Made by a program: the position numbers and the translations under genes
Shown: one piece after another, positions 19,061 through 28,832 of the stretch
Position numbering within the stretch: the stretch's first letter is position 1
Layout: every line of letters begins with the position of its first letter
The notes under the pieces: generated by a model
Databases searched by the model: none
What the model was told of the DNA's origin: nothing
Seen by the model: only the letters and a program-made list of their open reading frames with translations
DNA from: Candidatus Parcubacteria bacterium
GTDB lineage: Bacteria; Patescibacteriota; Minisyncoccia; Sungbacterales; SURF-37
Assembly (NCBI GenBank): GCA_003599755.1
Contig: QZJO01000011.1
Location: forward strand, 66,424 to 130,423
DNA length: 64,000 nt
Direction of reading: 5' to 3'

Positions 19061-19156
19061 ACATGACGGTGCGCGCCGCGCGCCATTACGCGCGTAGCGG
19101 GAATCAAAAACGCCGTCCCGGCGCATGGCAGGACGGCGTCGTTGCGGCAATGGCGA

Positions 19157-19999
19157 TTAGTGGTCGTGTTCGTGGCCGTCGGCCGTTTCGTCGGCCCATA
19201 TGACGAAGGTAAATACCGTTTCGCCTCGGCCAGCATCCTTCTTATAGACCGACGTTCGTTCGCGGGCGGAGTGTTGGATGCGTTCGCCCCATTCGGCCGC
19301 GGTTTCGTCTTCCTCGCGGGCAAGGTTGAGTGTCGCAAGATTCGCAAGCGCGGGTACGTCGACGCGTGCGCGCAGCGCCGCAGCCGTCGAGCGGAGCGTC
19401 GTGGTCGTATCGGCGTGGTTGTAGATCAGTTCCAGCTGGTCATAATCATGCTGGTTCGGATGCTGGTTCGGCGTCGGGTTAGACGAATAGTCCATGCACG
19501 AGCCGAGCGGCGCATTCGAGAAGTTCTCATCCTGGTGCGCAAGGCCGAACGTATGACCGATTTCCTGGCAGAGTACCAGATTTCTCCACGCGGGCGTGTT
19601 ATATTGCACGGTCGAAAAATACGTATCGTTCATGCGCACGGCCCCCTGCGTGATATGCCCGGAAGCATTCACCCATACCGAAGCAATGCCGAGCCAACCG
19701 TTGCGGCCGTAGCGGCTGTTGCAGATCTCGACGCGGCCCGCGGTCGGCCGGCAGGTGCGCGGCGATGATCGGCCCGCGGCAATGATCGTATCGAGCACGC
19801 CGGATTGCGACCAATCGCTCGACGCGGTAGCAAGGTAGCTGTCCCATTGTGAAGAGAGATTGTCGCCAAGCTGCAGGGTGAATGGATTGGCCGTGCGCGC
19901 CCAATGGTACGTTCCCCACGCATGATCCGCCTCCGCTGATGCGGCAATCAGGCCGAGCGCGGCGACGGTAAAGAACACAATCCGGAATTTCGTAGGCAT
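19157..19999 (-). CDS. secreted metzincin-like zinc metalloprotease with variant motif QExxHxxGxxH plus Met-turn
   Basis: Signal peptide MPTKFRIVFFTVAALGLIAASAEA; CQEIGHTFGLAHQDEN followed by SCMDY. Confidence 0.55.
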   Translation of the reverse strand: MPTKFRIVFFTVAALGLIAASAEADHAWGTYHWARTANPFTLQLGDNLSSQWDSYLATASSDWSQSGVLDTIIAAGRSSPRTCRPTAGRVEICNSRYGRNGWLGIASVWVNASGHITQGAVRMNDTYFSTVQYNTPAWRNLVLCQEIGHTFGLAHQDENFSNAPLGSCMDYSSNPTPNQHPNQHDYDQLELIYNHADTTTTLRSTAAALRARVDVPALANLATLNLAREEDETAAEWGERIQHSARERTSVYKKDAGRGETVFTFVIWADETADGHEHDH

Positions 20000-20160
20000 A
20001 GTTCCCCGGTTACCAATGACGCTTGTAGTATCTCCGGCCCGCCGAAGCAGGTCAATTTCGGCTGTGGATAGGATATGCGCGCCCACGGAGCGCGCGCAGT
20101 AAGCGCGTGCGCTCTTGCGCGTCTTATACCACTACCAATGATTCGTCCGTTCACTCTTTT

Positions 20161-20619
20161 ATGGCGCAGAATCCCATCGACATGATCGTTGCGGACCATC
20201 GGACCGTCGAGCGGCTGTTTGCGGAATATCAGCATGCCGCCGCGGCCGAGCGGCGCTCCATTGCCGAGCGCCTGTTCGGAGCGTTGGAAGCGCACGCGCG
20301 TATGGAGGAGCAAGTGTTTTATCCTGCGGTTGCCGATCAAAAGGAGCGCGCAGCGACCGATAGGGTGGCCGAAGCCCAGCGGGAACACGGTGACATAAAA
20401 TTAATGATTGCCGAGCTGCGAAACCGAGCGCCCGGTGCGGCGTTTGATGAACGCATGGCCAATCTCAAAGAGGCGGTAGAGCACCACGTCAAAGAAGAAG
20501 AGACCGAGCTTTTACCCTACGCGGCAGAGCGGTTGTCGGGCCATGAGAACGCGATTGCCAGAGAGATGGAGCGGGTCAAAATGAGTATCGCGCATGCGGA
20601 TGAGCGCGGCATCGCATAG
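20161..20619 (+). CDS. hemerythrin-like (HHE cation-binding) domain protein
   Basis: Paired H..E...H helices (DHRTVERLF, EAHARMEEQVFYP, REHGDIK, VEHHVKEEE). Confidence 0.6.
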   Translation: MAQNPIDMIVADHRTVERLFAEYQHAAAAERRSIAERLFGALEAHARMEEQVFYPAVADQKERAATDRVAEAQREHGDIKLMIAELRNRAPGAAFDERMANLKEAVEHHVKEEETELLPYAAERLSGHENAIAREMERVKMSIAHADERGIA

Positions 20620-20633
20620 GCATCAGCTGGAGC

Positions 20634-20666
20634 AAAAACCGTCCGCCATTGAAGCGGACGGTTTTT
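20634..20666. terminator. bidirectional rho-independent terminator
   Basis: aaaaaccgtccgc / gcggacggttttt 13-bp stem with A-run and T-run flanks, between convergent genes ending at 20619 and 20687. Confidence 0.55.
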
Positions 20667-20686
20667 GTTCGGTTCGGTGGAACGAC

Positions 20687-22264
20687 CTATCGGTCTGGGG
20701 CGGGCAGCGGCTGCGTTACCGCTTCGGGCGGCGACATTTTTTCCAACGGCATAATCACCGGAGGCGGCGGCGCTTGATCAAGAATTTCTTTGACCAGCGG
20801 CACCATCACCGCGCGCGGCGCCCATGCGTTCTGGGGAGCTTTTGCGGCTTCGAAGCGGAGCGCCGGAATGAGGAGCTCTTCGCCTCGGAAATTCGTGTAC
20901 CGCCAGAAGCGCATGAGGACGAATTCGGGCGTTCCGAGCGCTACGGTTTCTGCGTTACCGTTCTCGGCCGGCAACATGCCGCCGTACAGGCCTCCGCGAA
21001 GCGCGAATTCTTTGAGGCGTTCGACGTTTTGTTCGAGCGCGTAGGATGATTTTTGGAAGTCGAGCGTATTGATGTTGCCGACGTTCATAGCTTTTCTCTC
21101 GCGCGCATCCACGGTGACCACGATGCCATAGGGCATGCCGCCTTCTTCGTAGACCTCCAGATCCCCGATTTTCAAGGGATAGATGACCGAGATCATGTCC
21201 GGGATGTAGCGGGCCGGACGCGTGCCGTCTTCTAGGAGCGGCTGCGGATACCAGCGCCAGCCGTCATCCACGACGGGCGCGCCGTAGTGGGACGTATCGA
21301 TGCGGTGCTCGGAGAGGAACGCGTCGGCGATGCTGATGAGCGTTTCGGATGCGGGAACTTCGGACTCGGCGAGCGGTTGGTACTCCTTGCCTTCGCGGTG
21401 CCAGCGCTCCCAATCGGCATTGATCGTAATCATGCCTTCGGGCACGTTGACGTTGATCGCGTAGCCGTAGTCGCGATTCTCCACGACCTCGAGGTTGCGT
21501 ACTGTAAGCGCGGAGAATGTGTCGAGCGCGATATCGAAGTTCATGCGGCGAAGCGCGGGCACCAGGTCCGCGGCGGAGCGGCTCGATTTGATGCGTTTGT
21601 AGACGCTTCCGTCGGCAGGTGTTTCGAACGCGTCGCCCGCGTAGCGGTATTCCCAGGGCGTATACGGCCAAGGCGCGATTGTCATGCCCGCCGTTCCTCC
21701 GCCGCCGCTTTGGGAGCGCCCCTCGATCGTGCTCGGGGCAAGCGCGCCGTCTCCGCCCATGCCGAATGCCATCATCGGGGCCGGCGATGCATCGCTGGGA
21801 GCGGTCGCGTCGGCGCCCAGTTCCTGGCCGCTGCCGGTATCGCTTCCTTTCGGCGTCGCGCTCGCGCCAACGAGGTCGCCGAATGCGCGCGCTCCTGCCT
21901 CTTCTATATTCAGGGCGAGTACGCCGCTTTGGCCGCCGGATCCGCCGTAGTCCAGATAGGTGACGCCGGCAAGCGCGACGATAACAAGCGCCAGTGCGCC
22001 GTACGCGAACCCGCTTCGCCGAAGCTCCAGCGAGGCGAGTCGCCAGATTGCGAATGATCCCCCGTTCGGCGCGGCACTGCGCATCGGCAAGGGCCGCTTC
22101 TTGAGCTCTGCGCGCAAGCGGGTGACGAATGCGGTATCAAGCTTGGTATCCGGCTTCATGAGCGAAAATTCGCGAATGATGATTTTGATGCGGTCTTCCT
22201 CGGCGCGGAGCGTTGGATCTATCTCGTAGAGCTCCGCGAGGATTTGGTCGATGGATTTATTCAT
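20687..22264 (-). CDS. anti-sigma factor: cytoplasmic N-domain, one TM, large extracytoplasmic domain
   Basis: Start ATG 22264 overlaps the sigma-factor stop by 4 nt; MNKSIDQILAELYEIDP anti-sigma-like N-terminus; TM FAYGALALVIVALAGVTYL. Confidence 0.55.
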   Translation of the reverse strand: MNKSIDQILAELYEIDPTLRAEEDRIKIIIREFSLMKPDTKLDTAFVTRLRAELKKRPLPMRSAAPNGGSFAIWRLASLELRRSGFAYGALALVIVALAGVTYLDYGGSGGQSGVLALNIEEAGARAFGDLVGASATPKGSDTGSGQELGADATAPSDASPAPMMAFGMGGDGALAPSTIEGRSQSGGGGTAGMTIAPWPYTPWEYRYAGDAFETPADGSVYKRIKSSRSAADLVPALRRMNFDIALDTFSALTVRNLEVVENRDYGYAINVNVPEGMITINADWERWHREGKEYQPLAESEVPASETLISIADAFLSEHRIDTSHYGAPVVDDGWRWYPQPLLEDGTRPARYIPDMISVIYPLKIGDLEVYEEGGMPYGIVVTVDARERKAMNVGNINTLDFQKSSYALEQNVERLKEFALRGGLYGGMLPAENGNAETVALGTPEFVLMRFWRYTNFRGEELLIPALRFEAAKAPQNAWAPRAVMVPLVKEILDQAPPPPVIMPLEKMSPPEAVTQPLPAPDR

Positions 22265-22821
22265 ATTGAGTGCGTGGCATAAAGGATAATCAGGAACGCG
22301 GCCAAGGCATTCGCGGCGCGCAGCTGCCGGATAGCCCGGGAGAAGATGACTTTGCAATGGCCCTCGCTTTTCTGGACGATCTGGGCGATTTCCTGGTACG
22401 AGAGCCCTTCCCACAAGCGCAGCATGAGGATGTCGCGCTGGACGCTGGGCAGGGCCTGCACCTCGGCGCGTACGGCCGCGAGGCGCTGGCGCGCATCGGC
22501 ATCCCGTGCGATGTCCGAGGTATCCGGAATATCCCAGGCATCGTCGATCTCGAGCGCCGGCCGAGCCGTGCGGTAGTGATCGATGACGGTATTGCGGGCG
22601 ATGCGGTACAGCCACGCGCCGAAACGCTGATCGGGATCGCACGAATCGATGTGCTCGAGCGCCTTGATAAACGTTTTGGCGGTGAGGTCTTCGGCGGTCT
22701 CTTTGTGGTGCGTCTTGTAGTAGACGTAGGTATATATCTTCTTGATATACCGATCATAGAGAGCGCTGAACGCTTCTCGGTCTCCCGTTTGGCACGCTCG
22801 AACGAGCGATTCGTCAGTCAT
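22261..22821 (-). CDS. ECF (sigma-70 family group 4) RNA polymerase sigma factor
   Basis: Region 2 (YIKKIYTYVYYKT...AEDLTAKTFIKA) and region 4 (LSYQEIAQIVQKSEGHCKV). Confidence 0.8.
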   Translation of the reverse strand: MTDESLVRACQTGDREAFSALYDRYIKKIYTYVYYKTHHKETAEDLTAKTFIKALEHIDSCDPDQRFGAWLYRIARNTVIDHYRTARPALEIDDAWDIPDTSDIARDADARQRLAAVRAEVQALPSVQRDILMLRLWEGLSYQEIAQIVQKSEGHCKVIFSRAIRQLRAANALAAFLIILYATHSI

Positions 22822-23121
22822 GGTTCGACACGCTCACCACGAGCGCACGATAGGGCGGGTAATGAGGCAGAGCGGCCTTTCGTATACTCGCCCCGCATTC
22901 GTCTCGAGTTTAGGCGAGGATAACTCTGTCGAAAGGTCATGATGCGTTTGGAATGCGTCGGACGGTCCTATAAATACATACGAGGGTCTCGCCGTCGCGT
23001 AACAATAGTATCTATACTAGCGAAAAGCGGCCGCCGATTCTACCGCGCGGCAAGCGGCGTTGCCGGCCGCGGTCAGGCGTATTACACTAGAACCGTTTTA
23101 TTAAAGAATTCATTTCCTCGC

Positions 23122-23577
23122 ATGGCGGGAACCGCGACAAAACTCATCGGTGCGGTGCTGTCCGTGGCAATCATCGGTTCGGCGATCGCGTGGCTTTCGC
23201 GCGCCGAGGACGCCGCGCCGGTTTCGCCTGCCGCGGGGATGCACGGCGGGCCGCCGCCGGGCATGCCGGGGCACATGCGCCGCTATGCTGACGGCACGTA
23301 TGCGGCAACCGGGAATTATATTTCACCCGCTGGCCGGGAGGAGATCGAGATTATGCTGACGGTCGCTGACGATATCGTCGTTGACGCGCATTTTACCGGC
23401 AAGGCGACGCATGCTACGAGTCGGACCATGCAGGGCCGGTTCGGCGCCGGCTTTCGAGAACACGTCGTGGGAAAACCGATCGACCAGATCGTGCTGGACG
23501 TCGTCAACGGCTCGTCGCTCACGCCCAAAGGATTCATGGAGGCGCTCGCGAAGATAAAAGCCGAGGCCTCGTCTTAG
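23122..23577 (+). CDS. secreted/lipoprotein-like protein, candidate FMN-binding domain (possible ApbE substrate)
   Basis: Signal/TM MAGTATKLIGAVLSVAIIGSAIAWL; ...FTGKATHATSRT... weakly resembles the FMN_bind flavinylation motif; convergent with the ApbE gene and overlaps it by 4 nt. Confidence 0.4.
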   Translation: MAGTATKLIGAVLSVAIIGSAIAWLSRAEDAAPVSPAAGMHGGPPPGMPGHMRRYADGTYAATGNYISPAGREEIEIMLTVADDIVVDAHFTGKATHATSRTMQGRFGAGFREHVVGKPIDQIVLDVVNGSSLTPKGFMEALAKIKAEASS

Positions 23578-24443
23578 AACAACTCGGCCGCGAATCCCGC
23601 CGAGCGCCGCACGCGGCGCTCGGCATTGAGCATGCAGTATTCGAAATCAAACGCGGCGAATCGCTCCGGCGCCGCGAAAAAGAGACCGGTCGCAAGCGCG
23701 TCGGCGAGTACCGCGCGGTCCGCGATGACCCAGGTTGCGAGAATTTCGCGGGGCGAGCGGAGTGTGGCCGGATCAATGATATGATGCCAGTCGCGCCAAG
23801 TCCGGCGGTTCCCGCTGGAGCTCGCCATCGCCCCCTCGGACATCGCGATCGCACCGATGATCTTGGACGGGTCGTCCGGATCCTCGAGTCCGACGCGGAG
23901 CGGCTCGCTGCCCGCGTGGAATATGTCGCCGCTGCCGTCGACCACAAATCGCCGCAATCCGGCCTTCTGCAGATAGGCGGCGACGTTATCGATGAAATAC
24001 CCCTTGCCGAGCGCCCCGAAATCAAAGAGCACGGGCTCAGCAATGCGGATATGGCGCTCGTCCAGAATCGTTACCGTCGCATCCAAGTCCGGCGTGGAGC
24101 GGATCGTCCTGTGCGGCGTGAGCGTGTAATCCGCGTCGTAGCCCAAATCCGAAATTGAGAATCCGACGAGCGGGTTCAGTTTTTTATTCGAGGGGTGCCA
24201 GAGCCTCCGGTACCAGTCGAGCATGGCCGTGAAATCGGCCGGCACTTCGGCCTCGCCCGCATGCGTCGCGAGCCGCCGCACGAGCGAGGTCGCGATAAAG
24301 CGCGAATACGTCTGGTCGAATTCGTCGGCCATGCGCGTTATCGTTTTTTGAATCGCGTCCCATGCCGCATCGCCCATGCCGTCCCCGACGCTGATGCGCC
24401 AGCGCGTGCCCATGGATTCGTAGACCCACTCGCGTTTCGGCAT
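23574..24443 (-). CDS. apbE: FAD:protein FMN transferase (ApbE/Ftp family)
   Basis: SSGNRRTWRDWHHIIDPATLRSP (TSG...HHIIDP motif) and DGSGDIFHAGS; start overlaps the upstream gene stop by 1 nt. Confidence 0.75.
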   Translation of the reverse strand: MPKREWVYESMGTRWRISVGDGMGDAAWDAIQKTITRMADEFDQTYSRFIATSLVRRLATHAGEAEVPADFTAMLDWYRRLWHPSNKKLNPLVGFSISDLGYDADYTLTPHRTIRSTPDLDATVTILDERHIRIAEPVLFDFGALGKGYFIDNVAAYLQKAGLRRFVVDGSGDIFHAGSEPLRVGLEDPDDPSKIIGAIAMSEGAMASSSGNRRTWRDWHHIIDPATLRSPREILATWVIADRAVLADALATGLFFAAPERFAAFDFEYCMLNAERRVRRSAGFAAELF

Positions 24444-25954
24444 CAGTATCCCGGAAAATAATCGGTGGCGATCCGGCCTGCGGCAACGCCCATGCCGCGA
24501 AGCAGCCGTTTGTAGGATTCCACCATTGCATTGGGTCCGGAAAGGTAGAACGTCCGCTCCTTCCAGTCCGAGACATGAGTTCGTATCATCGCCGGAGTCA
24601 AAAAGCCGCGCTCGCGGATCCACGCGATCCCCTCCCCGCCCTCGTTGACCAGATATACGGTTCGCAGGCCGATTGCGCGCTCCGCCGCGCCGAGGAAATC
24701 GCGGTACGCGATATCCGCGGGGGTCCGATTCGAGTAGAACAACACGATGTCCCGGCGCTCGGCCCGGTCCATGCAATATTTGATCATGCTGCGAAACGGC
24801 GTGATGCCGATGCCGCCGGCAACGAATGCCAGTTTTTCGCGCGCGGCCGCCGGCAGCGTAAAATCGCCGGCCAACTGTCCCGCCCAAATCCGATCTCCCG
24901 GCTCGAGCGAGACGAGTTTTTGCTTAAAGGTGCTCGGTTTGGGGCCGAAGCGCACGCCGATGCGGAGGTCGGATTCCGTCGGCGAAGCCGCGATGGTGAA
25001 GTACCGGCGGATGCCCCGCACATCCGATCGTGCGTGCGGCAGGGTCCACTCCAGGTATTGCCCGGGTCGGAATGCGAGCGGCGCATCGGGTTTGAAGACG
25101 AATTCAAACGTGTCGCGGGCGGTCTCGATTTTTTCCGCAAGCACGAGCGTCAGCCGACGTTTGAGCCCGACCGCGTAGGAAAACAAATTGCCGATGACAA
25201 GCGCGAGTTCGGGTGATGACGATATGGGGCCGAACGCGAATGGGATACTCGAGAGCAGTCCCACGCCCGCGCCATACGCCAGCTGTAGCCGCCGCGTCGG
25301 CGGCATGGTCTGCGGCTCGGTCATCATGATGGCGGCGAAGAATACGATCGGCCACGAAAGGAAGTGCTGGCCGAGGAGATCATATATATCGGACTCGGCG
25401 AGGATCCCGAGCGCGAGCACGCCGACTACGCTTGCCGTGATGCCGGCAAGAACGAGCGAGAACCGCCTGATTTTTTTGACGATGAGCAATCCTACGAGCG
25501 CCGTGGCCGGCAGCATGACCGCCGATCCGATCCACCAAATCGCGCCGCCGCCCGCGGTAAAGCCGAGCGCGACTGCCGCGAACGCCGCCGGATTGAACAG
25601 ATGCCGGTTCCGCGTGGCGATGACGTATTTGGCGGCGACCGCGATCACGGCCGCAAGCGCGAGCCATGCGGCATCGCGGGACGAAAACGGCGGCGACATG
25701 ATGAAAAACAGGATGAGCGCGGTAATGAGCGTGGATTCGATGTTCGCCGGCGCGGCATAGAATTTCGCCCAAGCATAGTGCGCAAAAAGCGCCGCGGCAA
25801 CGAGTACGCCGAGCGACAGCAGCAATTGCAAACCGGAATATGAAAGCATTCCGGCAAACCCGAAAAGCACTGCCACGAGAGCGGGCCCGCCCAGGCCCCA
25901 AATCAGGAGGCGGTACATGGTGATCGAGTCGATCAATCGGTTCAGGGCGTTCAT
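24443..25954 (-). CDS. integral-membrane oxidoreductase: N-terminal polytopic domain fused to FNR-like FAD/NAD(P)-binding reductase domain
   Basis: About 8 predicted TM helices, then RRYFTIAS (RxY[ST] FAD motif) and FVAGGIGITPFRS (NAD(P) motif). Confidence 0.65.
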   Translation of the reverse strand: MNALNRLIDSITMYRLLIWGLGGPALVAVLFGFAGMLSYSGLQLLLSLGVLVAAALFAHYAWAKFYAAPANIESTLITALILFFIMSPPFSSRDAAWLALAAVIAVAAKYVIATRNRHLFNPAAFAAVALGFTAGGGAIWWIGSAVMLPATALVGLLIVKKIRRFSLVLAGITASVVGVLALGILAESDIYDLLGQHFLSWPIVFFAAIMMTEPQTMPPTRRLQLAYGAGVGLLSSIPFAFGPISSSPELALVIGNLFSYAVGLKRRLTLVLAEKIETARDTFEFVFKPDAPLAFRPGQYLEWTLPHARSDVRGIRRYFTIAASPTESDLRIGVRFGPKPSTFKQKLVSLEPGDRIWAGQLAGDFTLPAAAREKLAFVAGGIGITPFRSMIKYCMDRAERRDIVLFYSNRTPADIAYRDFLGAAERAIGLRTVYLVNEGGEGIAWIRERGFLTPAMIRTHVSDWKERTFYLSGPNAMVESYKRLLRGMGVAAGRIATDYFPGY

Positions 25955-26134
25955 GGGAGGTGCTGGTATTGATGATATTGAAGCAGGTGCGGGGCGGATT
26001 GGCAAAGCAGAGGCATGCTTCCCCGTAGTCCGGTTGCGGCGTATCTTTTTCGCAATTACAGCGGCCGGTAGCGCCGGGAAAAGGAAATCCGCCCGAGCAT
26101 CTGTGCAGGGGCGGATTGGTGCGACGGACTCGCG

Positions 26135-27397
26135 TCACTCGGGGTGCTGCCGCAATCCGGCAAGAGCCAACAGCCGGAACGCGGTTTTGTAGGTGATCTT
26201 CAGTTTCTTCGCTACCTCCCGTCGGTTGCCCCGGCATTCGACCCAAAGATCCCGCACCAGTTTGATCCGCTGTTCTTCGGTCGTCCTTCTTTTGAGCTCT
26301 GTCCAGCTCAGCTGGATCAGCGAGCTGGGCAGCGGCGCGCTGGCGGGGGCGACGTCGGTGGGTTCCGGATCTTCCGCGGTGCTCTCCCAGGCGCTGCCCT
26401 GGGCCAAGTAGTACTGGATATCGCGTTCCGACACGGTGTCGCCGGGAAAGAGATGCCGTATCCGCGTGACTAGATGCTTGAGTTCGCGAACGTTCCCGGG
26501 CCAGGCGTACGCCTCCATGGCGCGGATCGCATCCGCTGAGAATTTTTTTTCCGGAGCTGCAGCTTGGAGGAACCGGGTGGCGAGCCCGGCGATGTCATCG
26601 ACGCGCTCCGCGAGACGGGGTACGTGGATCCGGATGACGGTAAGCCGATGGAAGAGATCGGCTCGGAAGAGCCCGCGCTTGACGAGCGCGGGCAAATCCC
26701 GGTTCGTTGCGGCGAGGATGCGCACGTTTACGACTCGAGATTCCACGCCTCCCACGCGCCATATCACCTGATCATCCAGGAACCGCAGCAGTTTTATCTG
26801 GAGGCCGAATGGGAGATCGCCGATCTCGTCCAGGAGGACCGTGCCGCCGTTGGCGGCAAGGAATAGTCCCGAGCTTTCGCGCACGGCTCCGGTAAACGCT
26901 CCGCGGACATGCCCGAAGAGCAGGCTCTCGGCGAGCTCCGGCGCGAGGAGGCCACAGTTCACCGGGATGAAGGGCTTGTTTTTACGGTCGCTGAGCCGAT
27001 GGAATGCCCGAGCAACGAGCTCCTTGCCGACGCCGCTGGCGCCGGTAATGAGTATCGAAGCGTCGGTTGCGGCGACTTTTCTGATGTCTGCGGCAAGTCG
27101 CTGCATGATCGGGCTGAACAAGAGGAAGCCGGGAACTAGCTCCGGATCTTCGGCGAATGCGGGGAATGCGGCGGCGGGCGGTATGACCGCCGCCGGCGCA
27201 GGCCTTCGCGAAGCGCGCCACGGATGCTGCCGGCAGAATTCCTCGAACGATATGAGCGGCAGGTTCGCTGTGCGCAGCCGGGTTTCGTGCGCATAGAATG
27301 CGCTTCTGCAGGCATTGCAGGAGCCGAACCGCCGGTATGTAGCCGGGCGGATGCCGCAGCGTTTGCATAGCGGCGCGGTCGCAGATGGCGTCACCAT
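26135..27397 (-). CDS. sigma-54-dependent transcriptional activator with N-terminal zinc ribbon instead of a receiver domain
   Basis: Walker A ITGASGVGKE; arginine finger/GAFTGA region HVRGAFTGA; C-terminal Fis-type HTH; N-terminal CKRCG...CNAC. Confidence 0.8.
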   Translation of the reverse strand: MVTPSATAPLCKRCGIRPATYRRFGSCNACRSAFYAHETRLRTANLPLISFEEFCRQHPWRASRRPAPAAVIPPAAAFPAFAEDPELVPGFLLFSPIMQRLAADIRKVAATDASILITGASGVGKELVARAFHRLSDRKNKPFIPVNCGLLAPELAESLLFGHVRGAFTGAVRESSGLFLAANGGTVLLDEIGDLPFGLQIKLLRFLDDQVIWRVGGVESRVVNVRILAATNRDLPALVKRGLFRADLFHRLTVIRIHVPRLAERVDDIAGLATRFLQAAAPEKKFSADAIRAMEAYAWPGNVRELKHLVTRIRHLFPGDTVSERDIQYYLAQGSAWESTAEDPEPTDVAPASAPLPSSLIQLSWTELKRRTTEEQRIKLVRDLWVECRGNRREVAKKLKITYKTAFRLLALAGLRQHPE

Positions 27398-27544
27398 CGG
27401 TTCTCACCTCGTTTCTCATCTCAACGTGCTGATGCCTCACCTATCCGTAATATCTACGACACCGCGCGTCAATTCGCGGTTTCCCATGCACGTGAGCCCT
27501 CCTTAAATGGCTGCGCCCCGACAATCTTCGTCGGGGCGCTTCAG

Positions 27545-27823
27545 CTATGCGGTGGCACGCCGCAGCTCCTCTCTCATTCTCTTGCGTTCCGATCCATGGA
27601 CCAACTCACACCATCTGCGGTTGTCTTCGCCGCCGCACTCTCCGGATCCGGCGGGCAGGGCGCGTGCCGGCACCAGAAGATCATCCTTGCCGTCCCAGCT
27701 CGGCGCGTGCGGCGGACACCAGCGCAACTCGACGAGCTCTCGAGTCGGGTCGGTGTCCGGTTCGCAGGACGGGCAGTAGGGACGCGTGGTTACTTTCCCC
27801 TGCGGTTCGATGTAGTCGCTCAT
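27545..27823 (-). CDS. small zinc-ribbon-like protein (92 aa)
   Basis: GGGAGG RBS; YCPSC...WCPPH...C..C cysteine pattern; last gene of the small-protein operon upstream of the sigma-54 activator. Confidence 0.45.
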   Translation of the reverse strand: MSDYIEPQGKVTTRPYCPSCEPDTDPTRELVELRWCPPHAPSWDGKDDLLVPARALPAGSGECGGEDNRRWCELVHGSERKRMREELRRATA

Positions 27824-27863
27824 CGGACCTCCCGTGGCGCGAGGATGCGGTCTTGCGCGGTTC

Positions 27864-28064
27864 TCATGCCGATTCCCCGACATGCGCCCAGAAATCGTCA
27901 TCCCGCTCCGTAGGCGGAAGCCGCACCAGGATCTTTTTCCGATGGAGGAAATCGCACATGATGCGATTCCCGTCTGCCCACTGATCGCCGTGCGACGTGT
28001 GATGATGACGGCAGAGCCGCTCATCATTCGGCAAAACCGATCCGCACGCTGCGCACAGTGCCAT
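27864..28064 (-). CDS. mini HNH-like endonuclease-fold protein (66 aa), paralog 1
   Basis: GAGGAGG RBS; CAAC...C.HHH..H.D.W..GNRIMCDFLHRKK matches HNH architecture (CxxC, catalytic His, Asn, second C...H pair). Confidence 0.5.
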   Translation of the reverse strand: MALCAACGSVLPNDERLCRHHHTSHGDQWADGNRIMCDFLHRKKILVRLPPTERDDDFWAHVGESA

Positions 28065-28074
28065 GATTACCTCC

Positions 28075-28401
28075 TCAGGTCGTGCGGACCTCGCGGGCCC
28101 ACACGCTCATTTCGGCCGCGAGTTCGTCGGGCGTAATGCCCGCGACTGCGGCAAGCCGCAGGGTGTTGGCGAGGAAGTTCCGCGTGGCTAGGTGCAGGCG
28201 AAAGTCATCGATGGGCGCGCCGTGCGCGAGCGGTTCCACGACTTCGGCAAGTTTCCCGCAGGCCTTGATCTGATGATCCAGGATATGGCCGAGCGAGAAA
28301 TGCGCGTGCTCCTCGGCGGGCAGATGCCGCAGGATCGGATAGTGTTCGGCATTGAACGGCCAGTGCCGGACGACCGTATCGGTCAACGTGCAAAGATCCA
28401 T
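28075..28401 (-). CDS. hypothetical His-rich 108-aa protein
   Basis: GGGAGGAG RBS before internal ATG 28401; H..H motifs (EEHAHFSLGHILDH); family not assigned. Confidence 0.5.
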   Translation of the reverse strand: MDLCTLTDTVVRHWPFNAEHYPILRHLPAEEHAHFSLGHILDHQIKACGKLAEVVEPLAHGAPIDDFRLHLATRNFLANTLRLAAVAGITPDELAAEMSVWAREVRTT

Positions 28402-28514
28402 GGGTCTCCTCCCTTCTACTGCGACCGTAGCAAACTTGAGGGCAAATAAAAAGCGCGCCTCGGCATCGATGCCGAGGCGCTTCACGATAGGCACATCCGT
28501 GCCAGCTTCTACAG

Positions 28515-28832
28515 CTACGAGATGGTTCTCCACCGGTGGGCCACGAGTCGCTGGTCCTGGCGCACGCGGGGCAGCGGGATGGGCGGAAGGTTATAACGCT
28601 GCGGGATGCTGGATTGCCTTGGCTCTCGGGGCAGATCATGCCGCCAATCTTCGCGGTGTGCCCCGGCGTCGTCCCGCTCCGCCATTGCAAGGCGCGGCGG
28701 CAGCTTCTTGCGGTGGAGGAAGTCGCACATGATGCGGTTGCCCTCCGCCCAGTCGCGGCTGGCACAGTCGATGTGGTGAGGGCAGATATCTGCGCCTTGG
28801 AGCCGATTGTCGCACATCACGCACTGCGGCAT
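28515..28832 (-). CDS. mini HNH-like endonuclease-fold protein (105 aa), paralog 2
   Basis: AAGGAGGAG RBS; MPQCVMCDN...CPHHIDCASRDWAEGNRIMCDFLHRKK; the GNRIMCDFLHRKK core is identical to paralog 1. Confidence 0.5.
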   Translation of the reverse strand: MPQCVMCDNRLQGADICPHHIDCASRDWAEGNRIMCDFLHRKKLPPRLAMAERDDAGAHREDWRHDLPREPRQSSIPQRYNLPPIPLPRVRQDQRLVAHRWRTIS

